NCBI GenBank assembly: GCA_964188305.1
Contig: OZ076892.1
Strand: one strand, 5' to 3'
Origin: Podarcis bocagei
Taxonomy: Eukaryota
DNA length: 64,000 nucleotides
The translations under genes and the position numbers were made by a program. This document shows positions 62,266-64,000 of this stretch, in pieces (position 1 is the stretch's first letter; every line of letters begins with the position of its first letter). Below the pieces are notes generated by a model. It worked only from the letters and a program-made list of their open reading frames with translations. It had not been told where the DNA came from and did not search any database.

Positions 62266-64000
62266 TATAATTAAGTGCTTTGCATGCAGAAGCTCCTAGA
62301 TTCAATCCCCAGCATCTCCGGGCATACTGTATTTACAGGAGGAAAACAGGGCAGTTGCCCAGGGTGGCAAATTAAAGGAAGAGGCATTGCATTTAATCTG
62401 TTGGGAGCCGCCCAGAGTGGCTGGGAAACCCTGCTGGATGGGTAGGGTATAAATATATTATTATTATTATTACCACCTCCCCACTGCCCTGCAAGATAGC
62501 TGCGTGAAGAGCACCTGAAGTGGTCAGAGGCCACACTGAGAGTGTCACTCAAAGGGTAGTTGCCCTTGAGCAAACTCCTCTCCTCAGAAGGAGGCGAGAA
62601 GAAGGGCAGAAGGGCCTCCCATCCCCCATGCCCTTTGAGCCACACCAGCTGCATGCAGCCCCTGGACTGGTTCTTACTCTTGGCAAGAAGGCTGCCATCA
62701 TGCACTGCAAGAGACAGTTCTGTGCACACCTTATTTCAGAGGCAGCAAACCTTTTCTGCTTGGGACAGAAGACAGAATAAATACATCACTGTATCCAGGT
62801 AGAGGTGGGAAAGAATCCCCAGAGACCTGCTGTCAGTCATGTAGATACTCCTGAGCTATATGGACCAATAGTCTGATTTAAGATTAGGCATCTTCCTACA
62901 TCCTGGCAGTCCTCCTTTGGACCTCCATTTTAGAACAAAAAGTTGTCTTTAATGCTTCTTCTTATTGGGCCAACATCTATTGGTGTATCACTGAGACCAG
63001 GTGCACGGAACCTTTGGCCCTCCAGATGTTGCCAAACTGCAACTCCCATCAGCTCCAGAAAGCATGGCTGAAGACCAAGGATGGTGGGAGTTGTAGTTCG
63101 GCAACAACCTGAGGCTCCGCACATCTGGTCTAGGCAAGGAGTTTTGTGTTACTCAAAAGCTACAGACATTGGTTCAGTTATAACAGAGAGCTTTGTCTTG
63201 CTGGGATCCTGCCAAGATACGCCACCCAGAAGAGCCTCTTTCTCATGCTTCATTGGGAGAACCCTTTTTTTTATTAACAAGATTTATCAGGTGCCTTTCC
63301 AAAAGATCAAGTCAACACACAGCAATTCTGTAAATATCATATTAAAATGCATGATTTGTTCAGGTGTAAGTGGTAGAACTCATCTGCTGTGGCATTTAAA
63401 CACAATTACTTCCAACTACAGACTTTTCTTTTATAACAAACAAAAAAAAATAGATGTGTGATTAAATCCCACAGGGCATTTAACTATGACCGAATGTATT
63501 AAGGTCCAGAGCTGAAAAAACACTCAAATTTCAAGCAGTGCATCCCCCCCCCCAATTTCTTAGTACCTGGTTGCTGAGGTTTTTTAAGCTGCTGAGTAAT
63601 TGCTAGAACACAAAACTCCCAAGACCAAGTCTCTTATTCATCCAATAGCTCTGAATCACCACTATTTATCAGTCTGCCCTACCTCATAGGGGTGTCATGA
63701 TAAATGTCAGCAACAGGAGTGGGAGAAAGAAAAAGCACACTCATACTCATTCACAGCCTCCCCAGGTGCTCTGGACCCCCACTTCTGCCAACACAGACAA
63801 TGGTGAGGGATGATGGGAGTTGTAGTCCAAAACACCTGGCAAGGTAGTTTTTGGTGATCTTTAAGGAGCCCTTTGCTCCCAGGGAGAAAGTGGCACATGA
63901 AAAGTAAATCAGCAGCAAAAACCACCAAACTGAAGCAACAAATTGCTCTGTTCATAAGAAAATGAGGAACAGCATCACATTTGTAAAGCTTTGCAGCCAG

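Noticed and set aside
1-64000. CRISPR arrays, operons, snoRNA or miRNA genes
   Set aside because: Vertebrate intron-exon DNA; recurring palindromes are dispersed MITEs, and no box C/D, H/ACA or miRNA hairpin was supportable by eye.

Overview
Vertebrate genomic DNA, probably a squamate (lacertid-like) lizard judging from its repeat content (inference). Two genes lie on the minus strand. (1) The 3' part of the spectraplakin gene MACF1 (ACF7): 44 coding exons traced by hand from 57653 down to the stop at 11559-11561. All introns are GT-AG and the phases join into one frame of about 2283 aa: spectrin-repeat rod, two EF-hands, GAR domain, GSR repeats and an SxIP motif. A 3'UTR of about 1.5 kb follows. 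The 5' part of MACF1 lies beyond position 64000. (2) A CpG island with coding exon 1 of a BMP5-8 family gene (2829-3282), called BMP8 by synteny with MACF1; the rest of that gene runs off the left edge. Introns hold tRNA-derived SINEs, palindromic MITEs, two Tc1/mariner-type MITEs, CR1 and L2 remnants, an old L1 fragment, and a young 5'-truncated L1-clade copy with an intact 534-codon frame, an 18-bp TSD and a (TA)n tail. The most interesting signal is a set of cassette exons and microexons (9, 18, 69 and 111 nt), each with a long AG-free pyrimidine tract upstream. The same signature marks a candidate 9-nt microexon at 17712-17720, just after the GAR domain, that I do not recognise from known isoforms. 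I see no convincing evidence of an entirely new biological system beyond this.
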